Source of the DNA: Candidatus Coatesbacteria bacterium
GTDB taxonomy: Bacteria; RBG-13-66-14; B26-G2
Assembly (NCBI GenBank): GCA_003647715.1
Contig: QMNJ01000001.1
Span: forward strand, 1 to 38,671
Reading direction: 5' to 3'
DNA length: 38,671 bases
Both the position numbers and the translations under genes were made by a program. The notes under the pieces were generated by a model, which saw nothing but the letters and a program-made list of their open reading frames with translations, was not told where the DNA came from and did not search any database. Each line of letters begins with the position of its first letter. Within the stretch, counting starts at the first letter, position 1. This document shows positions 1-9,124 of this stretch, piece by piece.

Positions 1-126
1 AGATATTATTTGCCATATTAATTATTCGGTTATTGTGAATAGAATACAGATAACAATATAGGAGTTTTGACCGCAAGGGCTTTGAGATAGTATATAGATA
101 GTAAACTTCTATTGGCTAATATATAT

Positions 127-1875
127 TTAGTCAGATGATATAAGTTTCAGATTCTTCAGTGGGGTTTCATTTAGCAGATAGTTCTTAATTTCCATGGCAG
201 TTGCCATCTTAAGCGCTTTTAAGGCAATCTCTCTCAGCTCGCTGAACTCAACCGACCTTATGGCATATTTCACAGCGGGAATGTTTGTGGGGCTTGCTGA
301 TAGTTCATCTACTCCCATTCCCACAAGCAATAAAGTTGATATGGGGTCTCCCGCCATCTCGCCGCATACACCAACCCATATTCTGTTCTTGTGGGCGCTG
401 TCAATAACCCTGTGGATGAGGTTCAATACCGCAGGATGATAGGGGTCGTAGAGATAAGAGATACGCTCGTTTACTCTATCTACAGCAAGCGTGTATTGTA
501 TGAGGTCATTTGTGCCTATGGAGAAGAAGTCAACCTCCTTTGCGAACAGGTGGGCGAGGACAGCGGTTGAGGGCACCTCCACCATTATCCCTACCTCAAT
601 CTCTCTATTAAATTTTATACGCCTCTTCTTCAGTTCATCCTTGACCTCTTTCACTATCATCTTTGCTCTTCTCAGTTCGTGTATGTCGCTAACAAGTGGG
701 AACATAACTTTAGCATCTCCGAAGGCGCTTGCTCTCAGTATAGCCCTCAATTGTGCCTTGAAGATATCCGTCCGCTCCAGGCAGAACCTGATTGCTCTCC
801 AGCCGAGGAATGGGTTTAACTCCTTCGGGGTGTCTGCATAGAACATGAACTTGTCGCCGCCCAGGTCTATAGTCCTTATCACCGTGGGATGAGGGTTCAT
901 CTCCTCAACTACCATTTTGTATATCTCAAACTGCTCGTCTTCTGATGGTACATCGGTTCGGTTGAGGAATAAAAACTCGGTTCGGTATAGTCCAATACCT
1001 TCCCCACCACACTCCTTCACCTGTTTGACCTCCCGAGCAAGTTCAATGTTGCAAGATAGCGTTACCTTGTAGCCGTCTTTTGTGACTGCAGGTAGCTTTG
1101 ACTGTTCAATCAGGTCTTTTGTTATTTTATCGTAACGCTTCTTCTTACTCTTATATTTCCTCAACACCGGGGGTGATGGGTTTACAATTACCAGCCCCTC
1201 TTTACCGTCAATTATGACAGTGTCACCATCTTTTATGAATAGGGTTGCAGTTCTGGTCCCCACCACTGCAGGGATGCCCAGGGATTTTGCCATTATAGCG
1301 GTGTGGCTGGTCTTGCCACCTGCGTCAGTGACGAAACCCAATACCTTGTCTCTGGTGAATAGGGCTGTTTGAGATGGAGCAAGGTTCTTCGCAACGATTA
1401 TCTGTGGTTCATCGCCTCCAATAATATCCAAATCTTCGTTCTGGAGTTCTGCTATCAGAAGACGGGTTAAATCCTTTAAGTCCTGCATTCTCTCTAAAAA
1501 GAATCTATCATCCGATTGACTATAGTTCTTTATTATATCTGTAATGGTTGCGTGTATTCCCGCCTCTGCTTTTGTCTTTCCCTCTTTTATCTTATCTTTG
1601 CATATATTAATTATGCTATTATCCTCAAGCAATTCCAGATAGAAATCAAAAACAGAAAACGCAGGGGATGAGCTATCCATACTTTCTTTAATTGTGGTTA
1701 TTCTATTCTTAACTCCCTCTACCGCATCTTCAAATCTCTTTACCTCAATCTCGGGATTCTCTACCCTGCCTGCAAAATCCTCCATCTTCGTGTGGGTGGA
1801 TTTTACTATCGTTGCTTTACCGATAGTAATGCCGGGTGACGCTGGAATTCCTGATAATTTCTTCTCTCTTGGCAT
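127..1875 (-). CDS. ptsI: Phosphoenolpyruvate-protein phosphotransferase (PTS Enzyme I)
   Basis: 582-aa ORF with EI hallmarks: GGKTSHTAIMAKSLGIPAVVG (phospho-His loop), GTNDLIQYTLAVDR and VGVCGEMAGDP (PEP-binding domain). The ATG at 1875 abuts the ptsH stop (TAA, 1876-1878). Confidence 0.97.
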   Translation of the reverse strand: MPREKKLSGIPASPGITIGKATIVKSTHTKMEDFAGRVENPEIEVKRFEDAVEGVKNRITTIKESMDSSSPAFSVFDFYLELLEDNSIINICKDKIKEGKTKAEAGIHATITDIIKNYSQSDDRFFLERMQDLKDLTRLLIAELQNEDLDIIGGDEPQIIVAKNLAPSQTALFTRDKVLGFVTDAGGKTSHTAIMAKSLGIPAVVGTRTATLFIKDGDTVIIDGKEGLVIVNPSPPVLRKYKSKKKRYDKITKDLIEQSKLPAVTKDGYKVTLSCNIELAREVKQVKECGGEGIGLYRTEFLFLNRTDVPSEDEQFEIYKMVVEEMNPHPTVIRTIDLGGDKFMFYADTPKELNPFLGWRAIRFCLERTDIFKAQLRAILRASAFGDAKVMFPLVSDIHELRRAKMIVKEVKDELKKRRIKFNREIEVGIMVEVPSTAVLAHLFAKEVDFFSIGTNDLIQYTLAVDRVNERISYLYDPYHPAVLNLIHRVIDSAHKNRIWVGVCGEMAGDPISTLLLVGMGVDELSASPTNIPAVKYAIRSVEFSELREIALKALKMATAMEIKNYLLNETPLKNLKLISSD

Positions 1876-2148
1876 TTATTCAACTCCAAATTTATCGTTT
1901 ATAAGATTTACAAGTTCTTCAATTGCAATATCAGCATCATCACCATCAGCAATCAGTTTTATTTTATGCCCCTTTGCACAGGCAAGCATCAACACGCCCA
2001 TAATAGATTTGGCATCAATGCGCTCACCGTCTTTCTCCACAAATATATCACTTTTGAACTTCTTTGCGGTCTGGACAAACTTGGCTGCTGGTCTGGCGTG
2101 AAGACCATACCTATTAAGTATCTCTACTTCTCGCTCTTTTATGGTCAT
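1876..2148 (-). CDS. ptsH: Phosphocarrier protein HPr
   Basis: 90 aa. GLHARPA (His15 site) and KSIMGVLML (Ser46 site for HprK) are both present. GGAGGA SD lies upstream of the ATG at 2148. Confidence 0.95.
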   Translation of the reverse strand: MTIKEREVEILNRYGLHARPAAKFVQTAKKFKSDIFVEKDGERIDAKSIMGVLMLACAKGHKIKLIADGDDADIAIEELVNLINDKFGVE

Positions 2149-2169
2149 TAAAAATCCTCCGTCTGTTAA

Positions 2170-2658
2170 TCAACCGAACAGTATTTCCCTTATCAGCCCC
2201 TCTATCTGCAACATTGATATTCTTCTTATGGGGTCAAGAAATATCTTTGTTCCTGTCTGCCTTAATAACAACAGTTTTTGGTAATCAAGTGGTGATATGT
2301 TGACCTTTTCCATTAATTGTTTTCGTGTTCCAATATCGGGCATCCTGGCAATGTATAATTGCTTAAGGGGCATTCCCCTATATATCAGTTCAATTATGTC
2401 TTCTAAACTCTCAAAAATAATCAGTGTTCTTTCCTCAATATCTCTTTTAAGAGACATTATTGGCACCTGCTCCGGGGACATTATTTTGATGTTAAGAAAT
2501 TGGGGGACCCTGAACCTCCATATGAATTCAGCTATTCTGTTTCTTGATAGGGTCTTACTTACTATTACCAAACTTCTGGCGTTGAATATATCAACCCATG
2601 GCAGAGCACTTTGTATCTCACTCGCCAATTCATCCAGTATGTAATATACCTTCATCAT
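2170..2658 (-). CDS. PTS EIIB(mannose/sorbose family)-like protein, apparently lacking the phosphorylatable His
   Basis: 162 aa. It aligns by eye along the full length of EIIB-Man/SorB: ILDELASEIQ versus IDDRLIHGQV, RTLIIFESLEDIIELIYRGMPLKQLYIARM versus the ..F.nP.D.l.lv..Gv.i..lNiGgM core, and KQLMEKVNISPLDYQKLLLLRQTGTKI versus KQl.kavsld..d..a...L...Gv.l. The canonical His position is Ser. Confidence 0.7.
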   Translation of the reverse strand: MMKVYYILDELASEIQSALPWVDIFNARSLVIVSKTLSRNRIAEFIWRFRVPQFLNIKIMSPEQVPIMSLKRDIEERTLIIFESLEDIIELIYRGMPLKQLYIARMPDIGTRKQLMEKVNISPLDYQKLLLLRQTGTKIFLDPIRRISMLQIEGLIREILFG

Positions 2659-2678
2659 ATAAATATATCTAAATCTGT

Positions 2679-3104
2679 CTAAATAATCTTGGTCGCATCT
2701 AAATGACTCATCTTACCTACCTCAATTACCTTTTTTACGAGGTCCTGGATGTTCATCTCTCTGTGATATGCAATAGCAGATATCAACATAGGTAAATTCA
2801 AGCCGGTAACTAATGCGGTTTCTATGTTATTTGACCTGAGATTCTTTACCGCCTCTACTGCTGAGTTTGCCGGACTGGCTCCCCACATATCGGTTAATAT
2901 GAGAATTGCTTCACATCTGCTTTTAAGTTCATCTGCCTCATGTTTTATCACCTCAACAACCTCTTCCAATTTATCCTTTGACCTCACCGATACACAACGA
3001 ATCAGATTGGTTCTGCCAAGTATTAACTCCGCTGCCTCCATCATATCTCTGCCAATCGTGTTGTGGCTTACTAATAGTAACCCTATGCTATGGTTATTCT
3101 TCAT
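2679..3104 (-). CDS. PTS EIIA component, mannose/fructose family
   Basis: IGLLLVSHNTIGRDMMEAAELILG matches the EIIA-Man N-terminus, including the active-site His. I prefer the ATG at 3104 (MKNNHSIGLL..), which overlaps the hprK stop as ATGAAGAATAA. The track ORF starts at a TTG at 3134. Confidence 0.85.
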   Translation of the reverse strand: MKNNHSIGLLLVSHNTIGRDMMEAAELILGRTNLIRCVSVRSKDKLEEVVEVIKHEADELKSRCEAILILTDMWGASPANSAVEAVKNLRSNNIETALVTGLNLPMLISAIAYHREMNIQDLVKKVIEVGKMSHLDATKII

Positions 3105-4053
3105 TTTTATTACTTTCTTTAAGCATCTTTTCAATAAGCATTCTGTTGAACTCCTTTGCAGAGTGATAGCCCTTCTGTTTAAGAATCTGGTTCAGAACTG
3201 CAACCTCAATGAGGGTTGCAATATTCTTGCCGGGGAATACGGGAATGGTCACATAGGGGAGTTTCACATCCAGAATGTCATAAATCTGCTCATATAGACC
3301 TGTTCTGTCATATTCCTTGGACTTATCAAACTCTTCAAGATTTATTATCAATTCAATTCTCTTTGATTCCTTTATAGCGCTTGCTCCGAAAAGTCGTGCA
3401 ATGTTCACTATGCCCAATCCCTGTATCTCCATATGGTTCTGTATATTGGTGTCTGACCTTCCTACGAGTTCACCCCCTATCAGCCGTTTTGCATATATCT
3501 GGTCATCGGATATCAACCTATGCCCCCTGGAGACGAGTTCAAGGGCGCACTCACTCTTACCTATTCCACTCTTGCCGAGAATCAGTGTTCCCACACCATA
3601 TATGTCAACTAAAACACCGTGAATGAGTTTTTCCTTAGACATGGTATCCCAGAGGAAATAACTGAGGTTAGCGACCAATATTCCAGTGGGGTGAGGAGAA
3701 GCAAAGACAGGTATTCTCTTGTGGTCTGCTGATTCCAGCAGTTCCTGCGGGCAGGGTAGAGAGCGGGAGATTATGAAACAGGGTATGTCATAGGTGACTA
3801 TTTTCTCAAAGACCTCTTTTTTATACTTTTTATCTTTTGTCTTGAGGTAATCATGCTCCGTCTTGCCAAGGACTTGAATTCTCTTGGAAGCAAAGGTGTC
3901 AAAGAAACCAGCGATAGCAAGTGATGGTCTATTAACCTCTTTTTTCGCAATTTCTCTATCTAGGTCAGCATTGGAATTTAGAAGTATGAGGTTGTCGTTC
4001 TCACCGAACTCAGAATACAATCTCTCTACCGTGAGCTTGTTTACCTTAACCAT
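3094..4053 (-). CDS. hprK: HPr kinase/phosphorylase
   Basis: Matches Bacillus HprK along its length: HGVLVDIYGVGTLILGKSGIGKSECALELVSRGHRLISDD (Walker A plus signature) and MEIQGLGIVNI. The ATG at 4053 (MVKVNKL, compare MAKVRTK) is preferred. An alternative TTG lies at 4068. Confidence 0.95.
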   Translation of the reverse strand: MVKVNKLTVERLYSEFGENDNLILLNSNADLDREIAKKEVNRPSLAIAGFFDTFASKRIQVLGKTEHDYLKTKDKKYKKEVFEKIVTYDIPCFIISRSLPCPQELLESADHKRIPVFASPHPTGILVANLSYFLWDTMSKEKLIHGVLVDIYGVGTLILGKSGIGKSECALELVSRGHRLISDDQIYAKRLIGGELVGRSDTNIQNHMEIQGLGIVNIARLFGASAIKESKRIELIINLEEFDKSKEYDRTGLYEQIYDILDVKLPYVTIPVFPGKNIATLIEVAVLNQILKQKGYHSAKEFNRMLIEKMLKESNKNEE

Positions 4054-4087
4054 ATTTGGTAATGACAACTTATAGTAATAATTAAAT

Positions 4088-4555
4088 CTAACTCAATTCT
4101 TCTTCTCTCTTTGATATGAGTTTTAATACATCATCAGGGGTTTTTGCCTTATTCAACTCCTCTCTGAATTCCTCCTTTTTTAGCATTCTTGAGAGTCGTG
4201 CCAGTGCCCTTAGATGTTCTTGGTCATTTGGGGCGGCTAGCATAAAGAATATATATACCGGTTCTTCATCCAGCGCCTCAAAGTCCACTCCATTCTTTGA
4301 CGAACCAAATGCAATGGTTAGGTTCTCCACTATATCCGGCTGACCCTGTCTTGGATGTGGAATTGCTACTCCATGCTCAAAGCCGGTGGAACATAGTCGC
4401 TCTCTTTCCACCACCGCTTCGTATATCCTGTTCGGGTCTTTGATGTTTCCTGAATTGGATAGAACCTCAACCATCTCTTTCAGGATTTCATCTTTTGTTT
4501 TACCTGTCAGACCAATCTTAATGGTCTTACTTGAGATGTGGTCAGCAATACGCAT
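4088..4555 (-). CDS. ptsN: PTS EIIA-Ntr (nitrogen regulatory IIA)
   Basis: 155 aa with a fructose/mannitol-type EIIA fold and GVAIPHPR (phospho-His motif). Sits in the typical position next to hpf and rpoN. GGAGG SD before the ATG at 4555. Confidence 0.9.
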   Translation of the reverse strand: MRIADHISSKTIKIGLTGKTKDEILKEMVEVLSNSGNIKDPNRIYEAVVERERLCSTGFEHGVAIPHPRQGQPDIVENLTIAFGSSKNGVDFEALDEEPVYIFFMLAAPNDQEHLRALARLSRMLKKEEFREELNKAKTPDDVLKLISKREEELS

Positions 4556-4579
4556 ATTATTCCTCCCTGTAAAAATATG

Positions 4580-5095
4580 TTATAATGGTTTTAACAAACA
4601 AATCCTACCGTCAGTTCTTCTGTATAATACATTAACCCTGTCGGTATGAGCATCTATAAATGCAAAAAACTCGTGATTAGATGACCTGAAATGCTGTAGT
4701 GCTTCTTCCATCGTCATCGGTTTGTATTGTATATTATGAATAATAATCTCCTCTTCAGCAATGGTGGTTGTTTCCTCCTCAACGGTTGGTTCCGTTGCCG
4801 GTCGCTTTGATGATAAGTATCTATCCTTCTGGCGTCTTATCTGCTTTTCAATCTTATCAAATGCATTATTAATTGAGGTTCTGAGGTCGTTGGAATCATC
4901 AGTTCCCCTATAGGAATGACCTTTGGATTTTAGAGATACCTCAACGATATATCTGTGCTTTTCTAAACTTATCACCATATTTAGATTATCATAACCAAAT
5001 TTTAACATTCTCTCAATTTTAGATAACCTCTTATTTATATATTTCTCGGTTGATGGTGAAATTTCAATATTTTTACTCTGAATGTTTATAGCCAT
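4580..5095 (-). CDS. hpf: Ribosome hibernation promoting factor (long HPF)
   Basis: The N-terminus MAINIQSKNIEISPSTEKYINKRLSKIER is typical of sigma-54 modulation protein/HPF. The C-terminal FFAFIDAHTDRVNVLYRRTDGRICLLKP is the long-HPF dimerisation domain. GGAGG SD present. Confidence 0.9.
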   Translation of the reverse strand: MAINIQSKNIEISPSTEKYINKRLSKIERMLKFGYDNLNMVISLEKHRYIVEVSLKSKGHSYRGTDDSNDLRTSINNAFDKIEKQIRRQKDRYLSSKRPATEPTVEEETTTIAEEEIIIHNIQYKPMTMEEALQHFRSSNHEFFAFIDAHTDRVNVLYRRTDGRICLLKPL

Positions 5096-5116
5096 ATTAA
5101 CCTCCTTACCTTCTGT

Positions 5117-5995
5117 TCATACAGTCGCATGGTATGATGTTCTGGCTAATGGTTCTGATAATACACTTTCAAACCCCATCTCTTTCGCCCTCTCACCCCA
5201 TTCTTTAAATTCTTCTTCTGTATAGTATCTGCTTACTGGAACATTCGCATGTGACGGTCTTAAATATTGACCTATAACCAACTTCTTAACCTTCACATCT
5301 CTCAGGTCATACATCAGTTCCTCAATTTCTTCGTTTTTTTCACCCAATCCTAACATAAAGCCCGACTTTGTGGATATACCATCTTTCCTGCTGTTTATTT
5401 TTCGCAATATCTCAAGAGACCTATCGTAGTCAGCGCCAGGGCGAATGCTTTTATATAATCTTCTCACCGTCTCAATATTATGAGAGATACAGTATGGCTC
5501 ACTGTCTATGACCCTATTGAGGGCATCTTCATCACCATTGAAGTCAGGAATCAGTATCTCAACCTTTGTAGCAGGCGAGTGTTTTCTTATCATCTTTACG
5601 GTCTCGTAGAAGACCCCGGCGCCGCCATCCTGCAGGTCGTCTCTGGTAACTGATGTAATAACCACATAGTCCAGATTTAGCTCCCTTAGGGCTAATCCTA
5701 CCCTCTCGGGCTCATCTGGTTCAACTGGTAGTGGTATGCCACCGGTTACACCGCAGAAAGCACACCCTCTGGTGCATATATTCCCGAGTATCATAATAGT
5801 CGCTACGCCGGCGCTGAAGCACTCGCCCTTATTAGGACACTTCGCCTCCTCACATACCGTGTGAAGGCGGTATCGCTTCAATATATTGAGTATCCTTTTT
5901 GTGGAACCCGCCTCTGGCAATCCCGTCTTCTTATATCTTGGGGGTCTTCTCATATTATTCAAAGCGAGTGTATCATTCTTTCTGATAAGCCCCAT
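5117..5995 (-). CDS. lipA: Lipoyl synthase
   Basis: CEEAKCPNKGEC (auxiliary cluster, CX4CX5C) and CTRGCAFC (radical-SAM CX3CX2C). The ATG at 5995 has a GGTGAGG SD and overlaps the lpdA end by 37 nt. An alternative ATG lies at 5953. Confidence 0.95.
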   Translation of the reverse strand: MGLIRKNDTLALNNMRRPPRYKKTGLPEAGSTKRILNILKRYRLHTVCEEAKCPNKGECFSAGVATIMILGNICTRGCAFCGVTGGIPLPVEPDEPERVGLALRELNLDYVVITSVTRDDLQDGGAGVFYETVKMIRKHSPATKVEILIPDFNGDEDALNRVIDSEPYCISHNIETVRRLYKSIRPGADYDRSLEILRKINSRKDGISTKSGFMLGLGEKNEEIEELMYDLRDVKVKKLVIGQYLRPSHANVPVSRYYTEEEFKEWGERAKEMGFESVLSEPLARTSYHATV

Positions 5996-7326
5996 AATGC
6001 CTCACCTGTTGCCTCTGACAGGGTAGGGTGACTATGGACAAGGTCTTTGAACTCATCTGCTTTCATCTCAGAGAGTATTGCCAGTGAAATCTCACCAATC
6101 AATTCGCCAGCAGATAGACCGACTATGGTTCCCGATAGAATCCTTCCATCAGCACCTGAGATTATTTTAACGAAACCATCTGTCTCTCCCATCGCAAGTG
6201 CCCTTCCAAGCGCTCTAAAATGAAATGTGCTTGTTGTGTATTCATACCCGCTCTCTTTCAATTCATCCTCAGTGGGTCCCACTTGGGCTATTTCAGGTAT
6301 TGTATATACCACACTTGGAATAATATCATATCTCACCTTTCTTTTGTATCCAAGTATATTCTCTACCGCTATTACGCCTTCGTAGAATGCCTTGTGAGCC
6401 AGCATGGGGCGGGGAAGAATGTCGCCAATAGCATAGATATTGCCACAGCCAGTGTGGAGGTATTCATCGGTCTCCACAAAGCCACCGTTATTCAGCTTTA
6501 TACCACCTATATTGCTGAAACTATCGGTATTGGGAACCCTGCCAACCGATAGTAAGATACATTCTGCTTCAATCACTATGCCGTCCTCTAAGGTCGCTTC
6601 CAGACAGCCGTCCTTCTTTGTCCATCTCTTGATAGTAGTTTCTGTTGAAAGTTTTACTCCAAGTGATTTCAATTTTGATGCGATGACCCTTGAGGCGCGT
6701 TTATCACTGCCAGGAATTGCTCTATCAAGCAGTTCAACAAGATAAACCTTGACACCTATATTTGCGAATATATATGCAAACTCACATCCGATTGCACCCG
6801 CTCCAACCACTATCAATCTCGCTGGTGGTTTTTCTAGTTCAAGTATATCATCACTGGTCAGAATGTATTTGTTATCTATCTCAAGACCAGGTAATGAAGA
6901 AGGTTTTGAACCAGTAGCAAGAATTATATTGTTCGCCCTGATTTCCTCTACTCCATCAACCATAATTGTGTTCTCTGATGTAAGCTCTCCATATCCCTCT
7001 ATCAAGTCAACCTTTAACTTCTTCAAAAGGTGCAGAACACCATCCCTCAATGTTTTCACCACCTCTTCTCTCGTCTTCAACATGCGTTTGTAGTTGAATT
7101 CAGCATCTCTGATATCAACGCCGTATTCGCTTGAATTTAATGCTATGTTGTATCTGTGCCCTGCTTCTATCATCACCTTGGTAGGTATACAGCCCCGATT
7201 AAGGCAGGTGCCACCTACCTTATCCTTCTCTATTAGGGCTACACTCACTCCCATCTTCGCCGCCCTTATCGCTGCTACATATCCACCCGACCCTCCTCCC
7301 AGAATTGCTATATCATATTCCCTCAA
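5959..7326 (-). CDS. lpdA: Dihydrolipoyl dehydrogenase (E3)
   Basis: GGGSGGY FAD motif, redox disulfide GGTCLNRGCIPTK, second dinucleotide fold VVGAGAIGCEFA, and C-terminal HSHPTLSE. TTG start at 7326 with GGAGG 8 nt upstream. Confidence 0.93.
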   Translation of the reverse strand: MREYDIAILGGGSGGYVAAIRAAKMGVSVALIEKDKVGGTCLNRGCIPTKVMIEAGHRYNIALNSSEYGVDIRDAEFNYKRMLKTREEVVKTLRDGVLHLLKKLKVDLIEGYGELTSENTIMVDGVEEIRANNIILATGSKPSSLPGLEIDNKYILTSDDILELEKPPARLIVVGAGAIGCEFAYIFANIGVKVYLVELLDRAIPGSDKRASRVIASKLKSLGVKLSTETTIKRWTKKDGCLEATLEDGIVIEAECILLSVGRVPNTDSFSNIGGIKLNNGGFVETDEYLHTGCGNIYAIGDILPRPMLAHKAFYEGVIAVENILGYKRKVRYDIIPSVVYTIPEIAQVGPTEDELKESGYEYTTSTFHFRALGRALAMGETDGFVKIISGADGRILSGTIVGLSAGELIGEISLAILSEMKADEFKDLVHSHPTLSEATGEALWGLSERMIHSL

Positions 7327-7344
7327 ATCTCATACCTCCATTAT

Positions 7345-8685
7345 CTATATCCTCTTATTCCTTCTTACTACTCCAGATAATCTTTTTCTCTTCCACAACG
7401 ACGGTATATTAAGCATATCTCTGTATTTCGCTACTGTTCTGCGGGCAATATCATAACCATCCGCCTTGAGTTTTGCAAGTATCTCTTCATCCGATAGGGG
7501 ATTTCTGGGGTCTTCATCAGCGATTATCTCTTTTATCGCCTCCAGTATCTCCCTCTGTGATTTATCCCTGACCTTCTTGGTGAAGAATATCTTCATGGGA
7601 AGTATGCCATGCGGTGTCTTTATATACTTTGATGATACTGCTCTGCTTATCGTAGAGATTGATGTGCCCAGTTTGTCTGCTATATCCTCCATCTTCAGGG
7701 GTCTTATTCCCTTGAGACCCTCTTTTAAGAAGCGGGGTTGTGCGTCCAGCACCGCCTGAGATACCTCAAGGACTGTCTCCAGGCGCCGGTTCACCGTCCA
7801 GCGCATATCCTTTGCCTGCCTGAATAACCCTCTGATGAACCTCAAATCATCTTTCGTTACTCCCTCCGAATTCATAATTGTGTTATAGTATTCGCGCTTA
7901 ACTATCAGATTGGGACAAGCCCTGGGGTTAAGTCGCACCTTAAGACCACCATTTGCGGGCACTGCCTCCAGTTCCCACTCTCCAACCCGCTCAATGTCAT
8001 CCATACCCTCAGCCGGATATGGTCTGGCATTTCTTATCAGTATCTTAAACTCTTCAAACTTTTCCTCTGTAAGTTTGTATCTCTTTGAGATATCTGTGTA
8101 TTCAATTCCAGGATTCTTGATGTATGTTTTAACCAGTTGTTTCAAATTCTTTATCCTGAAACCCGCCTCACGCAACTGTATTTCAATTGCCTCCTCAACG
8201 CTCTCGGCACCTACTCCTGTCGGCTCCATCCTCTGTATCACCCTTTTGAGCACATCTCTAAGTTTGCTCTCCTCAATACCATACCACTTTGAGAGTTCAG
8301 TCACGGAGGCGGTAAAGAGACCCCGCTCATCTATCTCGCCTATAAGTATTTCGCCAATCTTTTTCTCCTCTTCACTTTCAACTAAAAGGTTTAACTGATT
8401 GAGAAGGTGACTCTGGAGGGAGGGCTTTCTATTAGCGATTTTTGCCTCCATCACCACTCGCCTATTGGGCTCGTAATCGGAGGTCGGCGCTGTTTCATCG
8501 GGATAATCCTCCTCTGTTGATTCATCAGAAACATCCACGAAAGGGTTCTGCTCAGCTGACTGCCTGAGGTAGGTTCTCAACTCCTGAGCCGGCATTCTGA
8601 GTATCTTGATGTATTCAAGAACCCTCGGCGCCATCTTCAATTTCTGCTTTATCTTCTGCTCGCTTTTCTGTGCTCTATCAACCAT
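7345..8685 (-). CDS. rpoN: RNA polymerase sigma-54 factor
   Basis: 446 aa with RpoN box ARRTVAKYR, HTH LGTSISTISRAV and region I-like QKLKMAPRVLEYIKILRMPAQEL. Confidence 0.93.
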   Translation of the reverse strand: MVDRAQKSEQKIKQKLKMAPRVLEYIKILRMPAQELRTYLRQSAEQNPFVDVSDESTEEDYPDETAPTSDYEPNRRVVMEAKIANRKPSLQSHLLNQLNLLVESEEEKKIGEILIGEIDERGLFTASVTELSKWYGIEESKLRDVLKRVIQRMEPTGVGAESVEEAIEIQLREAGFRIKNLKQLVKTYIKNPGIEYTDISKRYKLTEEKFEEFKILIRNARPYPAEGMDDIERVGEWELEAVPANGGLKVRLNPRACPNLIVKREYYNTIMNSEGVTKDDLRFIRGLFRQAKDMRWTVNRRLETVLEVSQAVLDAQPRFLKEGLKGIRPLKMEDIADKLGTSISTISRAVSSKYIKTPHGILPMKIFFTKKVRDKSQREILEAIKEIIADEDPRNPLSDEEILAKLKADGYDIARRTVAKYRDMLNIPSLWKRKRLSGVVRRNKRI

Positions 8686-9124
8686 AGTTATTCTATATAG
8701 TTTATTATAACTTGCGGTGCAGATTGTAGAACTATTATATGAGAATATATTTTGAAGAGTAAGGGTGTTTTCGCCAGGATTTTGATGTTCAGTAAATTCA
8801 ACTGTAGAATTAGTTATTGTTGGATAATTTTATGCCTTTAGAATTTATCTGTTTATCTTATTACTTTGAACGATTCTCTGAATACTTCATTCGCTCCTTC
8901 CATATATCTCAGTCTAAAAGATTCTTAACTCTTAGAGAGGTCTAATGATTGTTATTTTTATTTGTTAGCACGGTTTCTATTATGTCCATATACAATATTT
9001 CATTTTTGCTTAATATTGTTTAATTTGCCTTGAAAATAATGTTATTATTATGTAGAAAAACCGAGTGTTTTTTAACTATAATTTTGGCATAAAATAGTGT
9101 ATTATTAAAGAGATAAGAGATGTT

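Noticed and set aside
194-841. Plus-strand ORFs 194-439 and 491-841 (and similar ones across 1694-8398) lying opposite ptsI, ptsH, hprK, lpdA and rpoN.
   Set aside because: Each lies entirely inside a strongly supported minus-strand gene and has no recognisable family motifs. They are antisense shadow ORFs.
9085-9100. TGGCAT-N5-AGTG about 30 nt upstream of the giant gene, considered as a possible sigma-54 promoter.
   Set aside because: It has neither a proper -24 hexamer (TGGCAT) nor a -12 TTGC. In a very AT-rich spacer this is not distinguishable from chance.
8686-9124. Small ORFs (for example a 37-codon ATG ORF starting near 8840) and short palindromes in the 439-nt rpoN/giant-gene intergenic region.
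   Set aside because: They have no SD sites, no conservation evidence and no stable hairpins. AT-rich DNA yields such ORFs by chance. I could not define a convincing promoter for either flanking gene here.
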